Origin: Hydrolagus colliei
Lineage: Eukaryota
Direction of reading: 5' to 3'
Length of the DNA stretch: 64,000 nucleotides
Assembly: GCA_035084275.1 (NCBI GenBank)
Contig: CM068770.1
Coordinates: 2,232,001-2,296,000, forward strand
Each line of letters begins with the position of its first letter. Positions within the stretch are counted from its first letter, which is position 1. Position numbers and translations under genes: made by a program. The notes under the pieces were generated by a model. The model did not search any database, was not told the DNA's origin, and saw only the letters and a program-made list of their open reading frames with translations. Positions 1 to 10,509 of the stretch are shown here, piece by piece.

Positions 1-486
1 TTCATCCAGAGAATTTGAGTTTCAAACAGTATAGTCGTGTTTGTAAATGAAGTCTTCTTTTAATATAAAGGTGCAGTAAACTACATATACAGTACTACAT
101 TTTCAGATTTGTTACAATTCATTCTTCATACCAATTCTGAAGGGTTTATTTAGTGAGAGATTTCTTCACTGACCCATTAAGGAATCCTTTGAGATGTAGT
201 ACTTACAAAAGACTTTCCTCATTGGTACTGATAGTCAACAAACTCTTTATAATTCGAGGCTTCATCCTTGGATTATCCTTGCCTCTGAAAACATTTGCAC
301 GTACGATTTTTGGGGGGATTGTGTCAAAGTTGGGCATTATGTTTTGAGGGAAAATTTGCTCTCGTTCAGGTGCTAAGTATTATAGTACAGCAACAACAAC
401 TTGAGTTTACATACGGGGTAGCTTCCCAGAGTTCTTAGGTGGAAAGTAATGACGTAACCATAAAGCTGTCTTCTATTCTGTTGCAG

Positions 487-610
487 GCATCTTGTCTACT
501 GTATATGTGACCTGCTGTTGGAATTCCTGATCCCAGAAGCTTTGAGTGAAGAGTTCCAAAGGTCTTTGCTTTCCTGCATTTCTGGCAGCACGGAGCGAGT
601 TCCAAACTAA
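487..610 (+). CDS. SNX19: Sorting nexin 19, last coding exon (end of the Nexin_C region); upstream exons lie before the window
   Basis: Acceptor ttctattctgttgcag ends at 486. Reading from 488 gives HLVYCICDLLLEFLIPEALSEEFQRSLLSCISGSTERVPN with TAA at 608-610. This matches my recall of the vertebrate SNX19 C-terminal motif NRHL(I/V)YC..D..LEFL. It is absent from the ORF track because it is a short spliced exon. Confidence 0.88.
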
Positions 611-2375
611 GGTATGGATGTCCCTAACAATTCGCTGGCTCTCAGATATTTTTTTGCTGTCATTTGGAATCGTTCCTCCAGGGAGAAGTGAGGTGGTTTA
701 TGCTGGATTTCCATTTGTTTCTCATCACCAACAAGGAAGATAGGAACACTCTAAATCAAGCCTACCAATAATGTCATTAAAAATGGAAAGAATTGTTTGA
801 GAGTTGATTTCATGTAAACATTTGCTCGTTTAACAAATCTATTCTGTAACTTGAATTTTTCATTGGTCAACAATTTTGTTTTAACAGTCTATATGCGCAA
901 GAAAATGCCGGGGATAGTATTTCAATAGAGAATTGTGTTTAACTACAAAGTGATTGACTTTTACATATTTTCCTCCCGAACAGGCAGGAGTCGTTGAGAA
1001 AACATCATTCGGATATCGTTACACCTGGTCAACGGAAATTAAAGCATGATGAGATCTACTGTGCGCAGTAAGAGAATGCGCAAGATAACTTCTTAGGAGC
1101 TAGAATGTACTGTTAGGCCAGTTCAACTGGCCTAACAGTACATGACTTCATAACCTGGCAGTTTCATCTTTACAGAGGACCAACCATCTCATTTCCATTC
1201 TGACCAGTATGCAAGTTAATATATATTCTAATTCATATTTCAGTTTGGTATTTATGTGACTTCCATTTCTTAATTTATTTAAAATAGTGTCTTATTGGCG
1301 TTGAGCAAAAGTGTTGTTTTTGTCCAATGGTATTAACATAATGTTGCCAATAAGCTAAAGCTATTGTTGTTAGTGAGCCATTTGTTGAAAAGTGTGTATG
1401 GGATGTGTTCCGTCAAAGTCTCGCTACCTTGACTTCGTTCATCAGATCCAAACTAACCTCACGAGAAAGTGACAGGCCATTTTTAATCAAGAAAGCATCC
1501 CGCTATGTGCTTATTGAAACAGATATACAACAGAAGAAAAGATTACTAGAATATTTTGTGCTTCATTAAAATGGGAAAGTAGCGGTTTAATATGATGAGT
1601 GTTCAAAATGCTCTGCAGTCACACTTTATCCACAATCTACCCAACCTATGTTGATTGCTGGTACCTTAACTTCACTCACCTACTAGCTATTCTATATGAT
1701 AGTCTATCCACATTGGGTTGGGTTTTTTTATGGGTTATGCTAGGAAGACCATTTCGCAATCATGTCTTGATTGTTGTTGGTATTCTCACAATCCCTGGAG
1801 TGGAAACAACAAGCAAGATTGTGAATAGCAGAAGGTAAAAGTTCACTACTTTTGAGCACCTTCTCGTAATTGGAACACAAAGAGATAAAACCCACTCACT
1901 TTCCAGCGGCCGAGCACTTTTATTGTCTACAACGAGTGGTTGGTTTGCCACGTTTTAGCTCGAGTCCTAACTGGAGAGATCAGGAGACGAGATAAGTCTG
2001 TTTCTAACTGGGGAAAGTACTGGAAGTGAAAGCTTCGTAACCAGCAGTTTACTCACTTCTCCATGTTAAACCCTTTTGGCTTTCATTTTTCGAGCTGTGT
2101 GCAAGTGTTTTCCACTGAATTCGATGTTTGGTGATAGAAGCTATGTGCTGAGATTCTGTCCCAACGTGCAAGTCATGTTGTTAGGCTTTCCCTGGCTGTG
2201 TGATTGGTGCTGTGTGGATATAGCTGTCGAAAATATTAAAGGCTGTCACATTTGTAGCCATATTAATGATTGAAACGTAGGTTTTCAAAAGCAATGTTGC
2301 ATCCTGTGAAGTTTCTGTTATCGCATTTTACTAGAATTCCAATTCACAATAAATAACTGTTACATACCTTAACCT
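611..2375 (+). other. SNX19: Putative SNX19 3' UTR, possibly containing an intron at 612-983
   Basis: Follows the stop codon. No recognisable repeats until ~2455, unlike the rest of the window. Ends near AATAAA at 2348. Confidence 0.55.
2348..2353 (+). terminator. Candidate polyadenylation signal AATAAA
   Basis: AATAAA followed ~30 nt later by GT-rich tggtgttact, just before repeat-dense sequence begins. Confidence 0.45.
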
Positions 2376-2454
2376 GCTCTGAATGGTGTTACTTGGGCCG
2401 AAACCTGGTCAAGTTTCCATTAGTCTAAGAAGAGCTTTAAAAGCTTTATTAAAA

Positions 2455-2540
2455 GTAGGCACGGTCAAGTAGGAAGGTCGTCAGGCGAAGATGGGGAAGG
2501 AAGGGGCAAGGCGGAGGGTTAGAGGAAGAGTATTCCAGAA
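2455..2540 (-). mobile_element. L2-clade LINE 3' fragment
   Basis: aggcacggtc...gaaggaaggggcaaggcggag...ttccaga matches the other L2 3' copies in the window (9020, 21183). Confidence 0.6.
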
Positions 2541-2597
2541 ATCCTCACATTTGTGTCACGCCTATCACGAAGGAAGACGCCTCAAAGCGCTTCACAG

Positions 2598-2916
2598 ATA
2601 ATAATAATAATCCTTGCATTTGATATAGTGCTTTTCAGGTCTTCAAGATGTCCCAAAGCTCTTCACAGAATATACTGTAAAGTGAATTGACTGTTTATTT
2701 ATGGGCGAAACCCGGCAGCCAATGGCGCACAGCAGTGTCCCACAAACAGTCGTGGATTCAAATGACCCATTTTATTATTGTTTTACTTGAGGGATTATTA
2801 TTAGGCGTGTGTGAAGTTAGGAAAGTTGCCCAAGGCCTCGCCCTGACCTGCCTGGTTTCGAACACGGGTCTCACACTTGTGAAGCGAGTGCTCTAACCAC
2901 TGAGCTACCGGACTCC
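2598..2916 (-). mobile_element. Full-length tRNA-derived SINE (short form)
   Basis: Reverse complement has head GGAGTCCGGTAGCTCAGTGGTTAGAGCAC (A box), GTTCGAAACC (B box), the family body and an (ATT)n tail. Flanked by acag on both sides. Confidence 0.92.
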
Positions 2917-3599
2917 ACAGGTAAACTGCAAGTGGACTCTTCTTTTGTAGGTGAACATGTTCTAGTATTTAAAGGGTATAACATCTCTTGAAGAGTAGTT
3001 GAGTTTTATTGGCAAGAGTCTTCTTGACTGATATGTTTGACCAAGTTCAAATACAGGGATGTTAGCAGATGTTCTCAGTCAGGTTTCTCTCGTAATCTTG
3101 CCATTTCATGATCATTAATCAGAAAACAGGTGTCAGTTGGATTCTGTGAGGATCTGGGAACATGTTGGGAGTGTTATTTTATACATCCATAAATGCCACT
3201 GACCCAAGCAGTCCTCGGAAGCCTAGCAAAATGGCCCAGAAATGATTTACTTGATAAAGTCTCGGCAGTTTATTCCATTTGGGATTGTAATTGCGCATGT
3301 TTCTAATGTATTGCATTTTCCCAAACTGAAGTGCGTCATGCCTTGGCTCGTTTTAAGAAGTGTCTTGTAAATTAGACTTTGGTGTCAGACTGGGAAACTT
3401 GCAAGAAATATTCTGATTGAATCGTGTTTAGGCTTTGTGAAATCCTAAAGGACAGGTTCATAAACCATTAAAACCACTCGAGACCGAAAGGTCAGTACAA
3501 GTGTTGGAGCTGGTTGTATATTATCATGTGTATTCATTTTGGCATCAAAATGGAAGATCTAAAGCTCCTTGCGGGTTTTGTTCTTGGTCAACATACAAC

Positions 3600-3782
3600 A
3601 CGCTGCTATTACGTTCGCGCGCAATTTGGCCCCCGCGTTTCGCCCACAAATATACAGTCAATTCTCCTACTCTCCTTCATCCTGCCCCGACCCTTCCCCG
3701 CCTGCTCTTGTCCCTACCTGACTGTACAGTGCCTTGGGCCATCCTCCCGACGTGAAAGGCGCTATATAAATGTAAATTTTGA
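3600..3782 (+). mobile_element. SINE 3' fragment joined to an L2 3' tail
   Basis: gcgcaatttggcccccgcgtttcgcccacaaatatacagtcaattc, then tgtacagtgccttgggccatcctcccgacgtgaaaggcgctatataaatg. Confidence 0.75.
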
Positions 3783-3946
3783 TTGATTGATTTTCTCATC
3801 CATTTCTGACAGGCAAATAGGTGAGATTGATGAAAAACAATTTTCAAACAATTGAGCTTATGACTGCCACAGCTATTCAAAACTGCTCGCGATCCCAAAA
3901 TGTGCTGAATGAAACTTATTTCTAATTGATTTATGAACCTTTTTTG

Positions 3947-4100
3947 CGAGCGAGAGAGACCAGGGTTCGATTCCCGGCAGGGCGAAACCTCGCGCAAGTT
4001 TCTTTACTCCACACAACTGATAATAATCCCCCAAGAAAAGTAAAATAATAAATTGATTACGTTAATCGACGACTGTTTGCGTGGCCACTGCTGTGCATGT
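3947..4100 (+). mobile_element. SINE partial head and body
   Basis: gcgagagagaccagggttcgattcccggcagggcgaaacc (B box) followed by the family body. Confidence 0.8.
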
Positions 4101-4171
4101 TACTTTTTAGGACAGAATACAATATCTGTTCTGCTTTGTCCACTGAGATTGTGGAAGCTGATTTGATAACA

Positions 4172-4351
4172 AATTTTGAGGCATAAGTAGATAATTATCT
4201 GGCGTGGAGTGGAGAAATTAATTAAATTAGTTAATTAAAGGTGGAGTTGGATTAATTTGGATTAATTTGGACAGCTCTTTCAAAGAGTCAGCAAAGACAC
4301 AATGGACCGAAAGGCCTACTTCTTTACTGTGATTTTACTATGATTCTATGA
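4172..4351 (+). mobile_element. CR1-clade LINE 3' end
   Basis: ggacagctctttcaaagag...atggaccgaaaggcct...ctatgattctatga is a typical CR1 3' terminus with an octamer tail. Confidence 0.75.
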
Positions 4352-4763
4352 ATCATTATAGCTGTTTGTGATATGTCTCGCCTTGCAGCTGAAATGCTTC
4401 TCACTGATGAGAATCAGTGGAATTGGTCTGCAGCGTGTTTTATTTAATCACTTTCATTTATGAAATGAAAGGAGGAGATTTTGCGGGACGGCAGAGGGAG
4501 GAGAGGGAGAGAGAAGAGCAAGGCTCTTACTTTGAACGAATTAACTCAAATACTTCAACAATTGAAGAGCGTTCCGGCAACAGTGTGGAGACTGAAGTCA
4601 GGCTTGAGTGGTTTATCAGTTTATTCTGAATCTTGTGATGTTGTCTTGATGTCTTGACGCAGTATTTAACCTAACTGATTCTTTCTTACGCACTGTCTTG
4701 AACTTGCAGATAAGTTTTAAACAGTCAGCAGGCTCCTTCAGCCCATTAAACCAATCCTACAAT

Positions 4764-4833
4764 CTGTACAGCGCCTTGGGATGTCCTCTCGACGTGAAAG
4801 GCGCTATATAAATGTAAGTTTTGTTGTTTTGTT
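4764..4833 (+). mobile_element. L2 3' tail
   Basis: tgtacagcgccttgggatgtcctctcgacgtgaaaggcgctatataaatgtaag followed by (ttg)n. Confidence 0.8.
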
Positions 4834-5376
4834 GAAGGTCCATAGCGTTTGATTTTCCGAGATATCGGGGTCTAAATTGCAGTGTTTAATAGCAAATGTG
4901 GACCCTTATCTACAAGCTGAACATTCATATTGGCCGTACAGCAAGCCAGGTCCAATTTTTTAATGATTAATATAATCCGATACAAAATGTACCAAAGTTA
5001 CAGACAGGCCCCAACCTCAAATTTAGATGATTCTCCTCCAAATATTTATGTAAGTAAACTTATGTTCATTGTATTTAGTCATGGCCAAAACTCCAAATTA
5101 TCGTATTGAACTGGCAGCCACGAGCTCGTATCATGTTGCAGAAGCCACCTGGCTTCAGTTGGTATTTGAGGGAATGTCTTCAGACCAAATAATGGAGCTA
5201 CAAAGAGGACAGAATTAGCCATCTTAACTGCCTACTTACAGCATTGGAAAAACACACACAGAGAGCAGAAACAAGACAAATATTAAATGTAAAACCCTTA
5301 TTTCTGAATGCCCATTTGCCCGGCAAGTGTTGATTTTAATCAATTGTAATTCACCGAGTGCAGTTACTCCATTTCT

Positions 5377-5525
5377 GGAGTCCTGTAGTTCAAATTTTAA
5401 GGCATAAGTAGATAATTATTAGAGCACTCTCCTCATAAGCGAGAGACCTGGGTTTAATTCCAGGAAGGGCAAAACCTTGGGCAAGTTTCCTTACTCCACA
5501 CAGTGCCTGATCATAATCCCTCCAG
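5377..5525 (+). mobile_element. SINE 5' half with a ~26-nt insertion in the A box
   Basis: ggagtcctgtagttca[insert]ttagagcactctcctcataagcgagagacctggg...ccttgggcaagtttccttactccacac. Confidence 0.85.
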
Positions 5526-5792
5526 AAAATATTTGATTTAAATTAAGCTGAAATCACCCGGCCCAGGACAGAACTTCAGTTAAGGTCAAATGTACAGCGA
5601 GCTCTGAAAAATAACAAGCAAAATCATTATAATAATTCTGAACAAAAATCTCACAAAATCGTTCATTTCATATTCTTGGGATTATTGAAAAATGGACAAT
5701 GTTTGCTGGGAAATTTCACCCTGATTTCACTTTACTCTGCGTTGCATTTTCGAGCAATTTAAATTTGCCAAATTCTTAAATGAGGTCCTAAT

Positions 5793-6020
5793 CTTGTATA
5801 TTTAGTGGGCGAAACGCAGCAGCCGCTTACGCACAGCAGCGTCCTACAAACTGTCTTGGATTGAGTGACCAAATTATTATTATACTTTACTTTTGAAGGG
5901 ATTATTGCACCTGGAAAAACGATCCACCAATCGACTAACAACCGAGTTCCTGCTTACGGCGAGGTAAACAGAGGCGTATGTGTGTGTTGTGTGTGTGTGT
6001 GTGTGTGGAGTAAGGAGACT
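5793..6020 (-). mobile_element. SINE long form (internal domain intact), partial, with (GT)n expansion at 5979-6007
   Basis: Reverse complement reads ccttactcc(ac)n...gcctctgtttacctcgccgtaagcaggaactcggttgttagtcgattggtggatcg, then the common 3' body. Confidence 0.75.
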
Positions 6021-6478
6021 CGCTTAATGTTTGGCCCTGATGGGAATCCTAACAATGACAACAACTTGCGTACTGCTGATGAAACAAAACAGTTCTGGTA
6101 GATAAAGAGGTTGCAATCAGCCCGGCTGTGGCAGGTTTCCAACCCAACTCTCTGCCGCCAGTGACAACTGACAAACCATCTGTTGTTGTGTCAAATACTA
6201 TTTGGTGCTGCGTAGATTACAATTGGCATTATTCCTCAGTTCATGGTGGGAGAGCCATCAATTTCCACATGCTGCATATCTCAGTTCGAGCAGCCGAATC
6301 GTAAACTCGGCCTCCAGGGTTCAAATTCCTAAGTGTTAAAGTTATTTTGTTTTTAGTGTTTCTAATTTACTCTGTAATTCTGTGGTTTTTTTTTTAATTT
6401 ACTTTTAAAACAAAGGGTTTTATTGGATTCCAAGCCTGATATATACAACTATTTGGGCAAGATGTACTGATCCTTTTC

Positions 6479-6599
6479 GAGGGATTATTATTAGGCGTGT
6501 GGAATAAGGAAACTTGCCCAAGGTTTTGCCCTGCTGGGAATCGAACCAATGTCTCTCGCTTGTATGGTGAGTGCTCTAACCACTGAGCTATAGGACTCC
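6479..6599 (-). mobile_element. SINE 5' half (tRNA head)
   Basis: Reverse complement GGAGTCCTATAGCTCAGTGGTTAGAGCAC...GGTTCGATTCCCAGCAGGGCAAAACC. Confidence 0.88.
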
Positions 6600-6904
6600 A
6601 CACATCTTGACATTAAAGAAAACAAAAAAAGAAAAAAGAAAACTGCATGTCCATTGCCACTTCCGTCCACACCCTAGAACTGACGCAGCTAAAACCCTAT
6701 CTCTTCTCAGTCGGACTACTCTAGCACCCTCCTCGCTGGTCTTACCAGCTCCACCGTACACAAAATACAATTCATTCACAACTCTGCTGCTCTCTCTCCC
6801 CCCCCCCCCGCCCCCCCGCCTCATCTCAGGCACTGTCAAGCAATCTGGGTTCAAAGGGGATAAATGGAACATGCCATTGGTTGAGGCAACATTTGTAAAC
6901 CTCA

Positions 6905-7092
6905 AGTGTAATAATAAAATCGGTCATTTCAATCCACGACTGTTTGCGCAATTGGTGCTGTGCGCAATTGGCTGCTGCGTTTTGCCCACAAATGTACAAG
7001 TCAATTCACTTTACAGTATTACAGTATATTCTGTGTTGAGCTTTGAGAAGACGTGAAAAGCGCTACATCAAATGCAAGGATTATTATTATTA
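6905..7092 (+). mobile_element. SINE 3' half
   Basis: ggtcatttcaatccacgactgtttg...aaagcgctacatcaaatgcaagg followed by (att)n. Confidence 0.88.
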
Positions 7093-7505
7093 TCTCGTTC
7101 ACTGTTGTCAAATTCTTCCACTTTACTGGACTGGCTTGCAGGGATGGTCAATATGTCAGCAGTGTACATAAACCATAACTTTTTCACTTTAGCGAAGCTC
7201 ATCTACTTTTCACACTGCACTGTGAGCGTACATTATATGTCACCTCATGATAACAGAACTCTAAAACGAGACAACTGTTTAAATTGTGATGAATCTGGCA
7301 GAACGGTTCTGGTTGAATTCAGAATAAATTCAGTGTATGTTTGTGTTCTCTTTACTGAGAATTATCATGTCACCCTTCCTCTCCCGCCACGTACAGACTG
7401 ACAGCTTTAACAAGCAGCATGTGGTTACATTTAGGCTTTGACATCATTTGCTGCTTTATAATTTGCCTTGGCCGAACTACTAACCTCAGGTTGTGGTTAG
7501 ACGTA

Positions 7506-7740
7506 ATAATATTAATAATAATCCTTGCATTTAATATAGTGCTTTTCACGTCTTCCAGACGTCTCAAATGCTTCACTGTAAAGTGAATTGACTGTATATT
7601 TGTGGGCGAAATGCGGCAGCCAATTGCACACTGCAGTGTCCCAAAAACAGTCGTGGATTGAAATGACACTTTTTTTTGAGGGATTATTATTATTAGGTAT
7701 GTGGAGTAAGGAAACTTGCCGGAGGTTTCGCCCGCCTTGT
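7506..7740 (-). mobile_element. SINE lacking most of the head
   Basis: (aat)n ccttgcattt...gtggagtaaggaaacttgcc. Confidence 0.88.
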
Positions 7741-8633
7741 TCCTAGTGAAAGCTTTAAGGATGCTCTTAGGCTGTGAGTGCATTTGCTGGTGAGATTAAA
7801 ATGGATTTGTTTATACATGATTTATGGTAAAGCAGGAGGCTGGATGCCCCAAAATTGCACATGCCATCAGGGTGAATTGGTTTTTGTTGGTCTCGGACCT
7901 TCACAAAATGCAGTATTCCTACAAAGCGTCTCAAACACCTGATAAGGTGCTTTACCAAAAGCAAAGACTTTTATTATTATTATTATTATTATCATTTGTG
8001 CTACTCAAGTAATACCAAAGATAAATTGTGGGACGTTGCTCTGTTCACATCAGCTGCAGCATTTTTTTTCACAAATAAACAGTCACCACACTTCACAGTA
8101 AAAATTCTGTGAAGCAATTTGGGACGTTTCGATAATGTGATAAAGCACTTTCCGCATGGGTAATCACTTTGTATTCTGGACAATTTGCAAACCCCTGAAA
8201 GTAATTTTAGCTATAAACAGCTACATTTTAATTTGTTTGATGCAAGTCAAACACAAAACCCTTTGTATGTGCAGACATCTACATCTTGTGAAGTTTGATT
8301 GCAGTTGATTGCCTGCGTAAAGGCAGCTGGATGTACGTCAATATCTGCTTTTCATTCCAATTCTCTCTCAAGATTGGTTTCAATTACAAGGTAATAGCCA
8401 ATTGCTGGCATTTGGCTCGGTGCAATTGCTTCAGTTCACATAAAACTGCGAAGCCAAAGCAAATGTTGAGAGTGAGACCGCCAACCTTGCAGACAGTTTA
8501 AGATGAAGTGCTCGCTCTCGTTTCTTTTTGTTTTCTGGCAATGTCACCTGAGCTTCAGACCTGCATGTTTGTAAGATGAACAATGCTGTGTCTGATCAGA
8601 CAGCTCATCCAAAGAGGCAGCACAGAGGCACTT

Positions 8634-8830
8634 TAATAATAATAATAATCCTTGCATTTGATATAGCATTTTTCACATCTTTTGGACATCTCCAAGCGTT
8701 TCACGGAATATACTGTAAAGTGAATTGACTGTATATAAGTGGGCCAAATGCGGCAGCCAATTGCACACAGCAATAACATTAGAATTTACATTTATAGAGC
8801 GCCTTTCACGTAAATGTAGTCTCAAAATCA
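8634..8830 (-). mobile_element. SINE 3' part followed by an L2 tail fragment
   Basis: Family tail at 8634-8772; ttacatttatagagcgcctttcacg at ~8787-8811. Confidence 0.8.
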
Positions 8831-9019
8831 CTGTGTACAATGGATGCCTGATGCTCATTAGGTCTGATCTCATTGAGGGGTCATTAAGCTTCACGAGGCG
8901 AGGGGAGGAGAAGGAAATCAGTCATATGAAAAATATCACCCAGTGATATCCATGCCATCAATCACAGCTTCCAATATTCCTGTGCGGCAAAACCCAAGTC
9001 AGAGGAGATAATAAAACCA

Positions 9020-9290
9020 TTGGCGGAGGGGCTTGCAGCCTCTCTGTTCCCTCACTCTAGAACTCCATCCGACAGTCCCTTTGCCTCGCTCCCTCCCTCG
9101 CCTCTTTCAAGGCCGGTCGCAAGACCCTCCTCTTCGACCATGTCTTCCGCTGCCGTCCCAACACTCCCTCTCTCTTCCCCGCCTACTCTACCCCTCCCCC
9201 TTGCTCGGGTCCCGAATTGACTAATCAGTGCCTTGGGTTGTCCTCCTGACTTGAAGGACGCTCTAGAAATGCAATTTTGTTGGTGTTGTT
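9020..9290 (+). mobile_element. L2 LINE 3' end
   Basis: C-rich 3' region (ctctagaactccatcc...ttcaaggcc...ctcttcgaccatg), hairpin tail and (ttg)n. Confidence 0.8.
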
Positions 9291-9730
9291 GTAAAATAAC
9301 TCCTGCATGTTGGGAGAGAAGCTTAAATTATTGGCTCCAATTGGAACTCAGAATCACATTAAAAACCAAACCACTTGCTCCACCGCAGATCCATTTTAGC
9401 TTCTTCTGCATTTTACATGAACCAAACACTGCGGCCGAGACACAGGGATCGAACTCGGTCCCGTTTTGGAACCAGATTGCTTCATGCATCCGTCAAGGAT
9501 AATCACTTGGCATCGACCTAGTTTTGGAATCAACTCTTTCCGTGCGTTTAAAGGGCAATTTTTCCCAGTCTGGTTTGTTCACTAATTAATAAAAAGGACC
9601 GCTTAATATACTCAGGACCATAATTAGGAAAATTTTGTGAAACATGATTGGAAAATAAGAGCGCAAAAATATTAACCAGCGTGTGTGAGAGATTATTCCT
9701 GTATCCTGAGGCCAAGTTGACCTCTCTCCA

Positions 9731-9818
9731 AGTCAATTCACTTCTGTGAAACGCTTTGAGATGTCTAGAAGACGTGAAAAGCGCTATATCAAATGCAAGA
9801 ATTATTATTATTATTACT
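9731..9818 (+). mobile_element. SINE tail-only fragment
   Basis: agtcaattcactt...gtctagaagacgtgaaaagcgctatatcaaatgcaag followed by (att)n. Confidence 0.85.
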
Positions 9819-10257
9819 ACCAGGAGACAAAAAACATGCCTATTGTTTGTTGCTGTGTCTCGGTGCATCCAAAAGCAGGGTTCTGGGTTTTCTTTCTCAG
9901 TGTGTTTATAGAAAAATGCTTGATTAAAAAGGATATCATAAAAAAATTAATGAGCTGATGTGTGTGGGGGTGGGAAGTGGGTGGGTGGGGCTGGGGTTAA
10001 CACATTGTGTAATGTAATAATTATCATCAATAATAAATCATATCAGACGCCTCATTTTTCTGGGCTTAATGAGGTGTTTCGTTGACTCTCTTTCAAAAGC
10101 CCTAGATAAGGAATTTCAGGTATTGAACAGACATGGCTTTGAATTAATCCTCATGAGATACAACAGCTGCTTGTTACAGTGGTTCTGTACCGGATTTTCA
10201 ATTCAGATCACTTTTCAATAACCAAAGAAATACCTCCTTGTGAGGAATGAAGACCAG

Positions 10258-10480
10258 AAGTTTCCTTACTCCACACGCCTCTGTTTACCCAGCAGTAAGT
10301 AGGAGATCGCTTGTTTGTCGATTTGCGGCAATCGACAAACTTTGTTTGTAGGACACTGCGAGTGTATTTGGCTGCCGCGTTTCATAGTGTGATACTATGA
10401 AAGCGCTTTTAGATGTCTCCAAGACGTGATAAGGCGCTCTATCAAGAAGAAGGATTATTATTTTTAGTATTATTATTATT
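10258..10480 (+). mobile_element. SINE long form, 5'-truncated
   Basis: aagtttccttactccacacgcctctgtttacccagcagtaagtagg, then body and tail. Confidence 0.8.
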
Positions 10481-10509
10481 AATGCATTGTATTCTCTTGA
10501 ATGTTGTTG

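Noticed and set aside
546-743. ORF-track entry overlapping the SNX19 exon
   Set aside because: Different frame from the SNX19 reading frame, which starts at 488.
9430-9500. Reverse-strand B-box-like GAGTTCGATCC
   Set aside because: No A box, cloverleaf or second copy found; too little to call.
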